Positions 43,193 through 53,220 of a stretch of 64,000 bases of DNA are shown one piece after another. The translations under genes were made by a program, and so were the position numbers. This stretch comes from Candidatus Enterousia sp. Lineage in GTDB: Bacteria > Pseudomonadota > Alphaproteobacteria > Rs-D84. The notes under the pieces are model-generated. The model did no database searches. It was given only the letters and a program-made list of their open reading frames with translations, and had not been told where the DNA came from. Within the stretch, counting starts at the first letter, position 1. Each line of letters starts with the position of its first letter. The stretch is from assembly GCA_045630455.1 (NCBI GenBank), contig JAZQTD010000030.1:50422-114421 (forward strand), given 5' to 3'.

Positions 43193-43621
43193 TTAATGTT
43201 GGTATGTTTTTTGTGCAGCTTGCGCAATCTTATTCTTGTGATGATAATATGATATATTGCGCAGGTGCATCAGTGATGGAAATGTTAGTAAAGTTTCACC
43301 GTTTGCCATTGGAACATAAACGTTCTTTAATGGTTCGCGATTTGGCCACAGGGCCTGTGCCAGATCTGGTTCAACAAATAAATAAACACTTGTGCCGTCT
43401 GCCCAGCAATATACGCCGTTATCGTAAGACAGGGTTGGTTCTTTGCTTCGTATGGCTGCTTCTTGCGCACGCTGTTTGTCATCAAAAGTTACGTGTTTCG
43501 CAATCCGGCGACCACTTGCGTCAAAAGCACTGATATATGGTGTGCCAGTCGTAAATTTTACATATTGATAAACGCTTGGGTTTTGTTTAACGACGTTTAA
43601 GAAAATTTCTTCGTTTTTCAT
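43193..43621 (-). CDS. hypothetical protein
   Basis: 142-aa ORF with GGAGTAAAAGTAATG-type RBS spacing. No motif recognised. Confidence 0.5.
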   Translation of the reverse strand: MKNEEIFLNVVKQNPSVYQYVKFTTGTPYISAFDASGRRIAKHVTFDDKQRAQEAAIRSKEPTLSYDNGVYCWADGTSVYLFVEPDLAQALWPNREPLKNVYVPMANGETLLTFPSLMHLRNISYYHHKNKIAQAAQKTYQH

Positions 43622-43755
43622 TACTTTTACTCCTTGAATACTTGAATGTGTAGCAAATCTGGGATTATTTTGTCAAGGATGTTGTGAAATCGTTCCTGTG
43701 TCGGGGCGGGGTGGTGCGTGCTATAATGTATCCCAGAGTATAAAGGAGAGAAAAT

Positions 43756-44229
43756 ATGAAAAAGTTTTTTCAATTTATTCTGGCGATGATTATATCTTTT
43801 ATCCCAGGATTTTTAGGTGTTGTATTTACACCGCATAATGCAAATGATGTTTGGTATAATGCGCTAAATAAATCTGTGTTGACACCAGATGCGTGGGTAT
43901 TTGGTCTGGCGTGGACAATACTTTATGCGTTGCTGGGCTGGTCGTTGTATCTGATTATTAGCAATGACAAAACAAGACAAAGCAAGGCACGCGCATATTG
44001 GTTGTTCTTTGCCCAGATGGTGCTGAATTTCGCGTGGACGTATTTTTACTTTGGTTTACATATGGTTGGGGCTGCGCTGGTTGTGCTGGGGGCGTTGATA
44101 GTTATTGCTATCTGGATGGCGGCGGCGTTCAAGCCAATCAGTAAACTTGCTTCTTATTTGGTGTGGCCATATATTATATGGATGCTGTTCGCGACATATC
44201 TGAATGCAAGTATACTGTTTTTGAATTAA
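43756..44229 (+). CDS. tspO: TspO/MBR family tryptophan-rich sensory protein
   Basis: 157 aa, 5 TM. Reads WYNALNKSVLTPDAWVFGLAWTILYALLG, LNFAWTYFYF, WPYIIWMLFATYLN. Confidence 0.85.
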   Translation: MKKFFQFILAMIISFIPGFLGVVFTPHNANDVWYNALNKSVLTPDAWVFGLAWTILYALLGWSLYLIISNDKTRQSKARAYWLFFAQMVLNFAWTYFYFGLHMVGAALVVLGALIVIAIWMAAAFKPISKLASYLVWPYIIWMLFATYLNASILFLN

Positions 44230-44257
44230 AAAAATCCCCAGGATATGGGGATTTTTT
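44229..44257. terminator. bidirectional intrinsic terminator
   Basis: AAAAATCCCCAGGATATGGGGATTTTTT between convergent tspO and rnhA. Confidence 0.65.
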
Positions 44258-44684
44258 ATTTCAATCTTTCAGCAGCGGTGCGGGCAAGTGTATCCACACG
44301 CTCGTTCATTTCGTCACCATTGTGACCACGCACCCAAAACCAATGAATTTTCTTTGTAGATGCCAGTTCGTCTAATTTTATCCACAGGTCTTGATTTTTT
44401 ACTGGTTTTTTATCAGCGGTGCGCCAATTATTTTTCTTCCAATTCTTCATCCAGGATAACATACCGTTTTTTACATACTGGCTGTCGGTGTGGATTTCCA
44501 GTTCATCGTGTTTGCGTGCCGCGGTCAGTGCGCATATCACCGCCATCAATTCCATTCGATTGTTTGTAGTGTCTTTTTCGCCGCCACTACGTTCGGCTAT
44601 GTGTGTGCCGTCGGTCGCAACAAAACCCCAACCGCCGGGGCCTGGGTTGCCTAAACAACTGCCATCTGTCCAAATTTTTAGCAT
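44256..44684 (-). CDS. rnhA: ribonuclease HI
   Basis: 142 aa. Reads IWTDGSCLGNPGPGGWG, TNNRMELMAVI, IHTDSQYV, WVRGHNGDEMNERVDTLAR. Confidence 0.93.
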   Translation of the reverse strand: MLKIWTDGSCLGNPGPGGWGFVATDGTHIAERSGGEKDTTNNRMELMAVICALTAARKHDELEIHTDSQYVKNGMLSWMKNWKKNNWRTADKKPVKNQDLWIKLDELASTKKIHWFWVRGHNGDEMNERVDTLARTAAERLK

Positions 44685-44720
44685 TTTTATATACGTCCTT
44701 TTTATGATATAATATCATAC

Positions 44721-46502
44721 ATGGCTTATAATTCCAAAGATTTAAAAGAAATGTCACGTGCAGTACGCGCGTGGGCGCTGCACGCATTAAAATGCGCTAA
44801 AAGTGGGCACGTTGGTATTGTGCTGGGGGCGGCGGATATTATTACGGCTGTTTATGCAAACTATATGCGATTCGGTCGGGACAAGTTTGTAATGTCAGCA
44901 GGACATGGTTCGGCACTATTATACTCGGTGTTAAATCTTTGTGGGTATGACATTAAATCGCTTGGCTCTTTTCGCAAAATGAACGGACTGCCCGGACATC
45001 CAGAATTTGGCATTGAAGGTGTCGATGCTACAACGGGTCCCTTGGGGCAGGGGGTTGGAAATGCTGTTGGTATTGCGTTGGCGGAAAAGTTGCGTGATTC
45101 GGATGGGCGTGTATATTGCCTGTGTTCAGATGGCGATTTAATGGAAGGTGTTGCGTTTGAATCGATGTCTTTTGCAGGACGTTACGGCTTAAACAATCTG
45201 ATTTGTCTGTGGGATGATAACGGCGTGTCGATTGATGGGGTAGCCTTGACAGACGTGGATGTTTCTGCGCGTATGACGGCGTTGGGGTGGAATGTTGTTA
45301 CTGTGTCTGGCAATGATTTTCCAAAGATAAATCGCGCATTGTCGGCGGCGCAGACGTCTGATAAACCAACTTTTGTTCAGTGCAAGACCAAAATTGGTGC
45401 GGGGTCGTCACTGGCGGGTTCAAATCGTGCGCACGGATATGCGTTAAGTGATGTAGAGATTTCAAAATTAATCGAAGAAAATATTTCTTCGACTGGTGAA
45501 ATGTTGTGGTCGGATGTAGCGCGTCGTCGCGTAGATATGTTGATGGTTAATCCGTCTATGAATGTGTCGGCGGTAAAAATGCCAGAAGTACCAGACGTGA
45601 TTTCAACGCGTGAATTGTCGGGGCTTTATATAAACGAAATTTTACGCGCGGGTTATCCTATATTTGGGGGTAGTGCAGATTTAGGGAGCAGTACAAATGC
45701 CCGTGTCACTGAATCTCGTGAAGTTGAGGCTGGTGTATTTGACGGAAACTATATAAACTATGGTGTGCGTGAACACGCAATGGCGGCGATTATGAATGGT
45801 ATCGTATCGGTTGGGTTGCGTGCGTATGGTTCTACGTTTTTGTGTTTTAGTGATTATATGCGACCGGCAATGCGTTTGGCTGCGTTGTCGGGACTGCCGG
45901 CGATTTATGTTTTGACACATGACAGTATTGCTGTTGGCGAAGATGGCCCAACGCATCAACCGGTTGAGCAATTAGCGTCTCTGCGATTGATGCCGAATAT
46001 GAATGTGTTCAGACCGTGTAACGGGGCCGAGGTTGCAGTATGCTGGCAAATGGCATTGCGTGATAATAACAGTCCGTCTTCGATTGTATTGTCGCGCCAG
46101 AAATTCAAACAGATTCCGACTCCGTCGGATGCGCAGATTTGTCGTGGGGCATATGTTATACGTCCAGCGACAACTGCCCGTGTGCGTGTGACAATTATTG
46201 CGACGGGGTCAGAAGTGCCATTGGCGATTGAGGTTGCAGAAAAGTTGGGTGATGGGGTTCAGGTTGTATCTATGCCGTCTGTTGAATATTTCAAACGCCA
46301 AAACGATGAATATAAAAGCGGAATTCTGCGCGGCTTAGTTGTTGTAATCGAAGCGGGTGCAACCGCGCCGTGGTTTGAATTTGCGGATGCAGTTGTTGGC
46401 ATTGATGATTTTGGAATGTCTGGGGCGGGTGACGAAGTTTATCGACATTTTGGCTTTGATGCGGACAAAATAGCAAAAGATTTGAAAAAGAAAATAAAGT
46501 AG
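44721..46502 (+). CDS. tkt: transketolase
   Basis: 593 aa. Reads SGHVGIVLGAADI, SAGHGSALLYS, LPGHPE, the TPP motif GDLMEGV, and EDGPTHQPVEQLASLR. Confidence 0.9.
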   Translation: MAYNSKDLKEMSRAVRAWALHALKCAKSGHVGIVLGAADIITAVYANYMRFGRDKFVMSAGHGSALLYSVLNLCGYDIKSLGSFRKMNGLPGHPEFGIEGVDATTGPLGQGVGNAVGIALAEKLRDSDGRVYCLCSDGDLMEGVAFESMSFAGRYGLNNLICLWDDNGVSIDGVALTDVDVSARMTALGWNVVTVSGNDFPKINRALSAAQTSDKPTFVQCKTKIGAGSSLAGSNRAHGYALSDVEISKLIEENISSTGEMLWSDVARRRVDMLMVNPSMNVSAVKMPEVPDVISTRELSGLYINEILRAGYPIFGGSADLGSSTNARVTESREVEAGVFDGNYINYGVREHAMAAIMNGIVSVGLRAYGSTFLCFSDYMRPAMRLAALSGLPAIYVLTHDSIAVGEDGPTHQPVEQLASLRLMPNMNVFRPCNGAEVAVCWQMALRDNNSPSSIVLSRQKFKQIPTPSDAQICRGAYVIRPATTARVRVTIIATGSEVPLAIEVAEKLGDGVQVVSMPSVEYFKRQNDEYKSGILRGLVVVIEAGATAPWFEFADAVVGIDDFGMSGAGDEVYRHFGFDADKIAKDLKKKIK

Positions 46503-46504
46503 TG

Positions 46505-47212
46505 ATGGCCGAATTTGAATTTGTTTTATCAAATGGCGAAAAAATTCCTGTGATTATTCAGACTCGTCGTGGTGCGCGGAATATTACGTTGCGCCCGAAG
46601 ACGCGACCGGTGCGCGAAATTCATATGTCGCGACCGTGGCTTGCATCTAATTCGTCAGCGTTGCGTTTTTTAGAATCTAAACGAAAATGGGTTGAAAATA
46701 TTTATAAAAAATGTCCGCAAAAGTGCGAATTATGTCCGGGTGATGAAATTGTGATTTTTGATTTGCGTGTGATTCTGGTGCATGATGCGGGGCGCAGGGC
46801 CAACCAATTTGTTCAAAATAATAATGGAACATATACGTTGGTTGTTGGGGGTGGGGCTGATATGTTTCAGCGTCGTGTGCGCGATTTCATCAAGGTAGAG
46901 TTTTTGAAGCGTGTCAAAGAATTTGTGCGTACGGTTCCTCGCGATTTTTGGCCAGCACGCATTGTAGTGCGTGATACAACAAGCCGCTGGGGCAGTTGTT
47001 CGACAACCGGCACAATGTCTTTTTCGTGGCGACTGGCGTTTGCGCCGGTTGCTGTTATGAGATATGTTGTTATGCACGAATTGGCGCATACAAAACATAT
47101 GGATCATTCTGCGGATTTCTGGGCGACTGTGCGTGAATTGTATGGTTTTGGGGTCGAGCGAGCAAAACGCTGGCTGACCCAGAATGGCGATGATTTGCAT
47201 AAATGGTTTTAA
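46505..47212 (+). CDS. YgjP-like (DUF45/M48-related) zinc metallohydrolase
   Basis: Reads SRWGSCS...SFSWRLAFAP...VVMHELAHTKHMDHSADFW, which contains the HExxH motif. Confidence 0.75.
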   Translation: MAEFEFVLSNGEKIPVIIQTRRGARNITLRPKTRPVREIHMSRPWLASNSSALRFLESKRKWVENIYKKCPQKCELCPGDEIVIFDLRVILVHDAGRRANQFVQNNNGTYTLVVGGGADMFQRRVRDFIKVEFLKRVKEFVRTVPRDFWPARIVVRDTTSRWGSCSTTGTMSFSWRLAFAPVAVMRYVVMHELAHTKHMDHSADFWATVRELYGFGVERAKRWLTQNGDDLHKWF

Positions 47213-47566
47213 TGCTATGAAAACGTACCTGTGGCGGGGTGAAGTTTAATGTGTCATAATCAAATTATCTTGATGGGACACACAAATCTGATGCCAAGCG
47301 ACCCAGATGTTCAAGGCAAGGAATTCTTTTCTTTCGTCATTTGTGGTACGGTTGCGCGGGTCGTGTGTCCCGCCCTTTTTTATGTGTTTTTTCTTGAAAA
47401 AAATAATTTTTGTACTAGAATTAATGAGAAATGAAAGCAAAAACGTTATTTTTATCGGTTTTTCATCACGCCCGCGCGGGCGAATATTAGCATATTGTCT
47501 TTTTGTATGATATAATGTGCACAAATGTGCATCGAGTTTTTCCATTAAAAACAATAGGATATAAAA

Positions 47567-48868
47567 ATGGATCTTAAACCAACAAAACCGTTGTCGGGTT
47601 TTATAGAATTATTGCCATCACAACAGCGTTGCTTTGATTTTTGTGCAGCGCGTATGTTGGATGTGTTAAAAACATCTGGGTTCAATATGCTGGATTTGCC
47701 GGCAATCGAACGGGCTGAGGTGTTAACAGACAAAGATAACTGGGACGAAATCGAAACCCAGATGTTCTTGTTCCAAAAAGGCGATACTAAAATGGGGTTG
47801 CGCTATGATGGAACGGTGGGTTTGTCACGATATGTGGCGGGACATCTGAATGATTTGGTGTTCCCATTCCGTGCAAGTCAGTTTTCAAAACGTTATCGTG
47901 GGGAACGTGCCCAGCGTGGTCGCTATCGTGAATTTTATCAGATGGATATGGATATAATGGGTGTGAATTCGTTGTCTACGAATTATGATGCGGAAATTAT
48001 ATCTGTGATTCAGCGTACATTAAATTCAGTGTCTGAATTTATTGGTGAAAACGCAGTTCGTGTCGGTTCACGACCATTCTGGGATGCGTTGTTTGACTAT
48101 CTGGAAATGACAGACGACCAGAAAAAAGACGTGTTCGTTTTGATTGATAAAAAAGATAAAATGGGTGATGAAGATTTTGCTGAAGGGCTGCGTGATACGT
48201 TGAATGACACAGAAAAAGAAAATCAGATTAAATCTGTGTTTACAAATGGTTATTCTGGTTTCTTGAACAAGTCTGACAACTTGGATGCGGCTGTGGCAGA
48301 ACTGAACGATTTTATGAAAACGTTGGAATTGTTTGGTGTAAAAAATGCTGAAATTGACCTTTCTATTACGCGCGGTTTGGCGTATTACACCGGTTTGGTG
48401 TTTGAATTTAAGTTGTTGAATCATCCAGAACTGGGTACGGCGGCCGGCGGTGGTCGTTATGCCGATTTGGCGGGAAAATTTAGCAAAACCAAGATAATTG
48501 GCGTTGGTGCAGCGATTGGTTTTTCAAGAATCTTTGTTGCGCTGATGGAATCTGGTGCGATTGATTTGTCGCAATTTGAATCGCCGGTTGATGTTGCGGT
48601 GCTGTGTATGGGGAATGATAACTTGTCGTATGCGGTGTCTGTTCTGAATGCGTTCAGAGATGCAAATATTGCGTCTGTGGCGTATATGGACGCCGATAAA
48701 AAGTTCAAGAACCAAATTGAATATGCTGATAAAATAAAAACTAAATTCAGTGCAATAATTGGCGAGTCTGAGAAAGAAAATCAAGTTGTCGCACTTAAAA
48801 ATATGACAACTGGCACACAAGATATGCTGTCGGTTGCGGATGCGATAAAAGTAGTACTGGGGGCATAA
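47567..48868 (+). CDS. hisS: histidine--tRNA ligase
   Basis: 433 aa. Class II motifs: LRYDGTVGLSRYVA, RYRGERAQRGRYREFYQMDMDIMG, RGLAYYTG, GGGRYADL. Confidence 0.88.
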   Translation: MDLKPTKPLSGFIELLPSQQRCFDFCAARMLDVLKTSGFNMLDLPAIERAEVLTDKDNWDEIETQMFLFQKGDTKMGLRYDGTVGLSRYVAGHLNDLVFPFRASQFSKRYRGERAQRGRYREFYQMDMDIMGVNSLSTNYDAEIISVIQRTLNSVSEFIGENAVRVGSRPFWDALFDYLEMTDDQKKDVFVLIDKKDKMGDEDFAEGLRDTLNDTEKENQIKSVFTNGYSGFLNKSDNLDAAVAELNDFMKTLELFGVKNAEIDLSITRGLAYYTGLVFEFKLLNHPELGTAAGGGRYADLAGKFSKTKIIGVGAAIGFSRIFVALMESGAIDLSQFESPVDVAVLCMGNDNLSYAVSVLNAFRDANIASVAYMDADKKFKNQIEYADKIKTKFSAIIGESEKENQVVALKNMTTGTQDMLSVADAIKVVLGA

Positions 48869-48873
48869 TAAAA

Positions 48874-49938
48874 ATGATTATTGAACAAAAATTGCGAGAT
48901 ATTCAGATGCGTGCTGCTGATATCGAAGCGCAGATGAATTCTGGTTCGATTTCAGGTGATGAACTGACCAGGTTGTCCAAGGAATATTCACGTCTTAACG
49001 AAATCTTGCCGTTGATTAATGAATATTTTCAGGTTGTGACAGGTATCAGTGATGCACAGGAAATGTTGAATGATGCGGAATTGCGTGAAATTGCGAATGA
49101 TCAGTTGCACGAATTGAATCATCGTTTGCCAGATATTGAAAAAAATCTGCAAATTGCATTGTTGCCACGTGACGATGCGGATGATAATAGTGTGATTATG
49201 GAAATTCGCGCCGGTGTTGGTGGTGAAGAATCTGCGTTGTTCGCGGGTGATTTGTATAACCAGTACAAGTCATATGCTTTACGCCAGGGATGGAAAGTTG
49301 AAGTTATTGAAGAAAATGCAACATCGTTACGCGGGTACAAGGAAATAGTATTCAAAATTGATGGGGCGGGGGCGTACGGTCGTATGAAATTTGAATCAGG
49401 GATTCATCGTGTACAGCGCGTGCCTGAAACCGAAGCAGGCGGTCGTATCCATACCAGTGCTGCATCCGTTGCGGTTATGCCAGAAGCCAAAGAAATTGAC
49501 GTTGTTATCGAAGATAAAGATATCCGTATCGATATTTTTCGCGCGTCTGGTGCGGGTGGTCAGCACGTTAATAAAACAGATAGTGCGATACGTATTACGC
49601 ACTTCCCAACGGGCATTGTTGTAACGTGTCAGAACGAGCGTAGTCAGTTACAGAACAAGATTTCTGCTATGTCGGTATTGCGTTCTAAGTTGTATGAAAA
49701 ACAGCGTATGGAACAAGAATCGGCCAGTAATGCATCGCGTAAAACAATGGTTGGTTCGGGTGATCGCAGTGAAAAGATTCGCACTTATAATTTCCCAGAA
49801 CAGCGCGTGACAGACCATCGTATTAAACTGACGTTGTACAAGTTAGATGATATCTTGGCTGGTGGCGCAGGATTGGATGAAATGATTGATGCGTTGATTG
49901 CCGCGGATCAGTTGGAACAACTGGCTAATATGGAGTAG
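48874..49938 (+). CDS. prfA: peptide chain release factor 1
   Basis: 354 aa. Tripeptide anticodon region RVQRVPETEAGGRIHTS (P-x-T type) and the GGQ motif SGAGGQHVNKT. Confidence 0.93.
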   Translation: MIIEQKLRDIQMRAADIEAQMNSGSISGDELTRLSKEYSRLNEILPLINEYFQVVTGISDAQEMLNDAELREIANDQLHELNHRLPDIEKNLQIALLPRDDADDNSVIMEIRAGVGGEESALFAGDLYNQYKSYALRQGWKVEVIEENATSLRGYKEIVFKIDGAGAYGRMKFESGIHRVQRVPETEAGGRIHTSAASVAVMPEAKEIDVVIEDKDIRIDIFRASGAGGQHVNKTDSAIRITHFPTGIVVTCQNERSQLQNKISAMSVLRSKLYEKQRMEQESASNASRKTMVGSGDRSEKIRTYNFPEQRVTDHRIKLTLYKLDDILAGGAGLDEMIDALIAADQLEQLANME

Positions 49939-50234
49939 TGCTTATGCGGCGTTGTGCGACAATCAGGGCTGTTTGTACAATGTGTCAAAATTCGTTGGGT
50001 GCGAAATCGTTCGAAGATTATACGTCGTATGATATAGAACTGCTTATCCAGCGTGGTGTGCTGAAAGGGTGTTGGCAGGAGTATGACGAGTTTATGTCGC
50101 ATCAGACAGAGGTTTTATCTTGGGTTGCTGATTTTGATAGGCGTGGTCGCGATAATAAAATTGTTGCCGATACGTGGCGATGGTGTCTGGGAATAAATAA
50201 AAAATTGCCTGTGAAAATCCAAAAACAACATTAA
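49938..50234 (+). CDS. hypothetical protein
   Basis: 98-aa ORF overlapping the prfA stop. No motif recognised. Weak evidence. Confidence 0.3.
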   Translation: MLMRRCATIRAVCTMCQNSLGAKSFEDYTSYDIELLIQRGVLKGCWQEYDEFMSHQTEVLSWVADFDRRGRDNKIVADTWRWCLGINKKLPVKIQKQH

Positions 50235-50260
50235 AAAATCCCGCGTTTGCGGGATTTTTA
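50234..50260. terminator. bidirectional intrinsic terminator
   Basis: AAAAATCCCGCGTTTGCGGGATTTTT. Confidence 0.65.
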
Positions 50261-51493
50261 TTTATAACTGGACGGTATGTTTGCATAGTCGCTTAGGCCT
50301 GTGCAATTAGAATACATCTTGGAGAATGGGTAGTAACCGGAGCCGGTGGTAAAGTAATTATATAGGAATGTTCCGTCTGGCTGTCTTGCGGACGGACCGG
50401 TCAGTCCTCTGCAGCCGTCAAATGCATAAGCAAACATATATGTTCGGTAATAGTTGTTATAGTTGCCAAAAAATCCCAATGGTATTTCGCCGGTCAGACC
50501 GGTGCAACCTTGGAAGGTGCCGTAAAACATGTACATTGCTGGTTGGCCATGTAGGTTTCCGAACAGTTTGTTTGGCAGAGTTTTTAGGGTGCTGCAGTAA
50601 CGAAAAGTTTCGCGGAACATACTGCTGCCAGGGGCGCCGTCTAATCCGCCGAACAGATTTTCGGGCAATTCTGTCAAATTGTACAGGTTATAGAAGGTTT
50701 GGTAAAACATATAGTCTATTGGTTTGCCGGTAATGCCTGAAAATAATTTTTTAGGCAGTCTAGTGATATTATAGTCATAGTAAAAGGTTTTATAGAAGCT
50801 TGGCTGGCTGCCGTCGGCCAGTGTCGGGAATATTTTACCTAGGCTGCCGATGATTTCATTTATCGCAGTTCTGGAAGCAAAACTGATTGTGGCTGGATCA
50901 TAAGAGCTGTAGTATTCCGTTGCCTGGCCGGCAAATCGGATTGTTTGGGGCTGGCTGGATGCATAGGTGTGTGAATAAGATTTTGTATATGATGATGTTT
51001 GGTTGTATGTTTCAACCGTGCCATCACCCCAGTCAATGGTAAATGTGCCTTTGGCGGCAATATCAAATGAAAACGAATTTGTTGCGTTTGTTTTTACTGC
51101 GAACACGTATGGTGGTGTCAAGATTTCTTCGCCTGGTTCTGGTTCGTCGGTATCTTCGGGTGGGGTGGCGGCTGTTTTTATTAGTGTATCAATGGCATTA
51201 TTAACAGTTATAGTGTTTGCGGCAAATTCGGTTGCGTATGTGCTGGTGCCATAGGTTGTTGTGTGTCCGCGTATTTGATTTGCAACGTCAATCGTGGTTA
51301 ATAGGTATTTCATATTGGCCGCCAGTTGTGGACTGGATAGTGCGGGGTTGTATGGTATGCTAAGATCGTATTTGTCTGCAATTGCAGTATGTATATATTC
51401 GATATTGGCAATTGGTGCATATTCAATTGCCCACGTGGCATTAAAAAATAAAGCGAATATGAAAATTAAAATCTTTTTCATTTTATTCGGCAC
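50258..51493 (-). CDS. secreted repeat protein (BspA/LRR-like approximately 25-aa repeats)
   Basis: 411 aa. Signal peptide MKKILIFIFALFFNATWA. C-terminal repeats follow the pattern LF..L.G.P...MF..TF..C..LT. Confidence 0.6.
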   Translation of the reverse strand: MPNKMKKILIFIFALFFNATWAIEYAPIANIEYIHTAIADKYDLSIPYNPALSSPQLAANMKYLLTTIDVANQIRGHTTTYGTSTYATEFAANTITVNNAIDTLIKTAATPPEDTDEPEPGEEILTPPYVFAVKTNATNSFSFDIAAKGTFTIDWGDGTVETYNQTSSYTKSYSHTYASSQPQTIRFAGQATEYYSSYDPATISFASRTAINEIIGSLGKIFPTLADGSQPSFYKTFYYDYNITRLPKKLFSGITGKPIDYMFYQTFYNLYNLTELPENLFGGLDGAPGSSMFRETFRYCSTLKTLPNKLFGNLHGQPAMYMFYGTFQGCTGLTGEIPLGFFGNYNNYYRTYMFAYAFDGCRGLTGPSARQPDGTFLYNYFTTGSGYYPFSKMYSNCTGLSDYANIPSSYK

Positions 51494-51692
51494 TTGGCAA
51501 TGGTTGGGTGGGTACTTTCAGTGTGCCGGTGACCGTGTATTCGCCAGCCATTGTTTGATTTGCGGTTGATTCAGTGGAGATTTTTGTATTGCTGATGTTG
51601 TCGACATAGGAGGTTGACGCGATATCTGCGTATGTGCGCGACACAGGCATTGTCATAAGCAACGTTAAAATGGCTATGTGGGCTTTTCGCAA
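51483..51692 (-). CDS. small secreted hypothetical protein
   Basis: 69 aa with a TTG start 4 nt after AAGGAGAG. It has a signal peptide. Its stop overlaps the start of the 411-aa ORF. Confidence 0.4.
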   Translation of the reverse strand: MRKAHIAILTLLMTMPVSRTYADIASTSYVDNISNTKISTESTANQTMAGEYTVTGTLKVPTQPLPSAE

Positions 51693-51930
51693 TAATCTCT
51701 CCTTGTTGGCATAGTGGGCTGTGCAAAAATAAAACCACCAAGCTGTTCGGGGTGGTCAGGAGGTTAGTGACAATTTACAGGAATTGTGTTGCTTATTCGA
51801 TATATTCGCAAACCCTCCTAACCCAAGTTAGGAGTTATTCCATCAAGACTTTTTATATGTGTCTTGAGGCCTGTAATTTAAGGTCACTACACCTTAGTTA
51901 GCACAGCTTATGCTAACGTTTGTTATGTTA
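51693..51930 (-). promoter_or_regulatory. structured 5' leader with internal terminator-like hairpin
   Basis: The minus strand carries a possible promoter TTGCAC-18-TAACAT (about 51930-51960). It then has hairpins GTTAGCA/TGCTAAC, CAAGAC/GTCTTG and CTCCTAAC/GTTAGGAG (51815-51834). CCACC-N11-GGTGG plus TTTTATTTTT (51725-51755) sits just before the RBS. Confidence 0.35.
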
Positions 51931-51987
51931 GCGAAATTTGTGTGTGTAGTGCAAGTGGAAAGTGTTAGCACTTTCTGGACAAATAAG

Positions 51988-52011
51988 AAAACGCCCAATC
52001 GGGCGTTTTTT
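51988..52011. terminator. bidirectional intrinsic terminator
   Basis: AAAACGCCCAATCGGGCGTTTTTT downstream of the minus-strand OMP gene. Confidence 0.65.
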
Positions 52012-52033
52012 GTTGCTTTATTTATTGTTTTGA

Positions 52034-53110
52034 CTAGAAAATATATTTTATATTCAGACCGCCGCCCCAGCCGTCGCGACCGCCATCGCGGCGAACAATT
52101 GTGCCGGACATATTAAAGCGTCCCAAGGTTTTTTCTAACGACAGACCGTATTCGGTAAAGTTGTCAGATTCCAGTGTTGCGAATTTTACGTTGTTTACTG
52201 TTAAATCGCCGCCGTTATCATAAGTCATAATATGACGTACGTGTGCAGTTCCAAACCAGCCGCTGCCAATATGTTTGATTGCGTGCAGGGCAGGTGCGAT
52301 TTCCAATACGCCTAGGTCTGAATTAGATATATTGTCGCCGGTTGCAGATATGTAGTTGTCTGCGCTTATCCATGTGTATCCGATTTGAACACCTGGTTGC
52401 AACGAGAATGTGCTGTCCAAAATAATATTAATAGATGCGTTTGCTGCTGCGCCTGCCCAAGTGTTTGTATAGCTGTCTGTGCCAACTGCGTATTCGGCAT
52501 CGTTTGTTAATACGCCACTATTAATTGTTGCGGACAAATTAAAGTGCTTTAATCCAAAACGACTGTAAAGCCCCATATAAGCACCGCGTTCGTTGATGTC
52601 TAGGTGTTGTACAGATTGGTCGCCGTTGATAAAACCTGCATAAACGGCCCAACCAGAAATTCCTTCAAACAATGATGGGCGGCCACCTGTTATTCCAACC
52701 ATGGCCAGGTCATAATCGGAATCTGCGCGACCAAAGTTGTCAAGATTGACGTTGTCGCCATAATGCTGCCATGTGAATTGCAGGTTTTTTAACAGAGGGT
52801 TGTTTTCACCGCCGCTACGTCCGGTGAATTCACTTGCATCGTATTCACCGTATATTGACATTGTGCCGTACATTGGCATTTTGCCGTATAGCTTATCGAT
52901 ATTTTGCTGAGGGGGTGTCATAGTTTTTTTGCGACCACTAAGGTTTGCAGCAGGTACGCGGTCGAATGTGTGCATTGCAGTGTGCAGGATTGAATCCTGG
53001 ATGGCGGCAATATTGTTCATAGATACGCTGTTTGCATAAAAGTGCGATGCGTTTGAATTATGGGTTGCCATGGCTAAAAGTCCAGCGGCCAGAATATATG
53101 ATGTTTTCAT
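52034..53110 (-). CDS. outer-membrane beta-barrel protein (autotransporter beta-domain-like, no large passenger)
   Basis: 358 aa. Signal peptide MKTSYILAAGLLAMATHNSNA. Alternating beta-strand pattern. Ends ...GGGLNIKYIF. Confidence 0.55.
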   Translation of the reverse strand: MKTSYILAAGLLAMATHNSNASHFYANSVSMNNIAAIQDSILHTAMHTFDRVPAANLSGRKKTMTPPQQNIDKLYGKMPMYGTMSIYGEYDASEFTGRSGGENNPLLKNLQFTWQHYGDNVNLDNFGRADSDYDLAMVGITGGRPSLFEGISGWAVYAGFINGDQSVQHLDINERGAYMGLYSRFGLKHFNLSATINSGVLTNDAEYAVGTDSYTNTWAGAAANASINIILDSTFSLQPGVQIGYTWISADNYISATGDNISNSDLGVLEIAPALHAIKHIGSGWFGTAHVRHIMTYDNGGDLTVNNVKFATLESDNFTEYGLSLEKTLGRFNMSGTIVRRDGGRDGWGGGLNIKYIF

Positions 53111-53220
53111 TTTTTTATTCTCTCTTTGATAATATTCTTATGTGAATATTATATCATATTTTATAGCGGAATAAAAACATAAAAAGATTTTTTATTGTAT
53201 AAACGGCTTTTTTTGATAAA

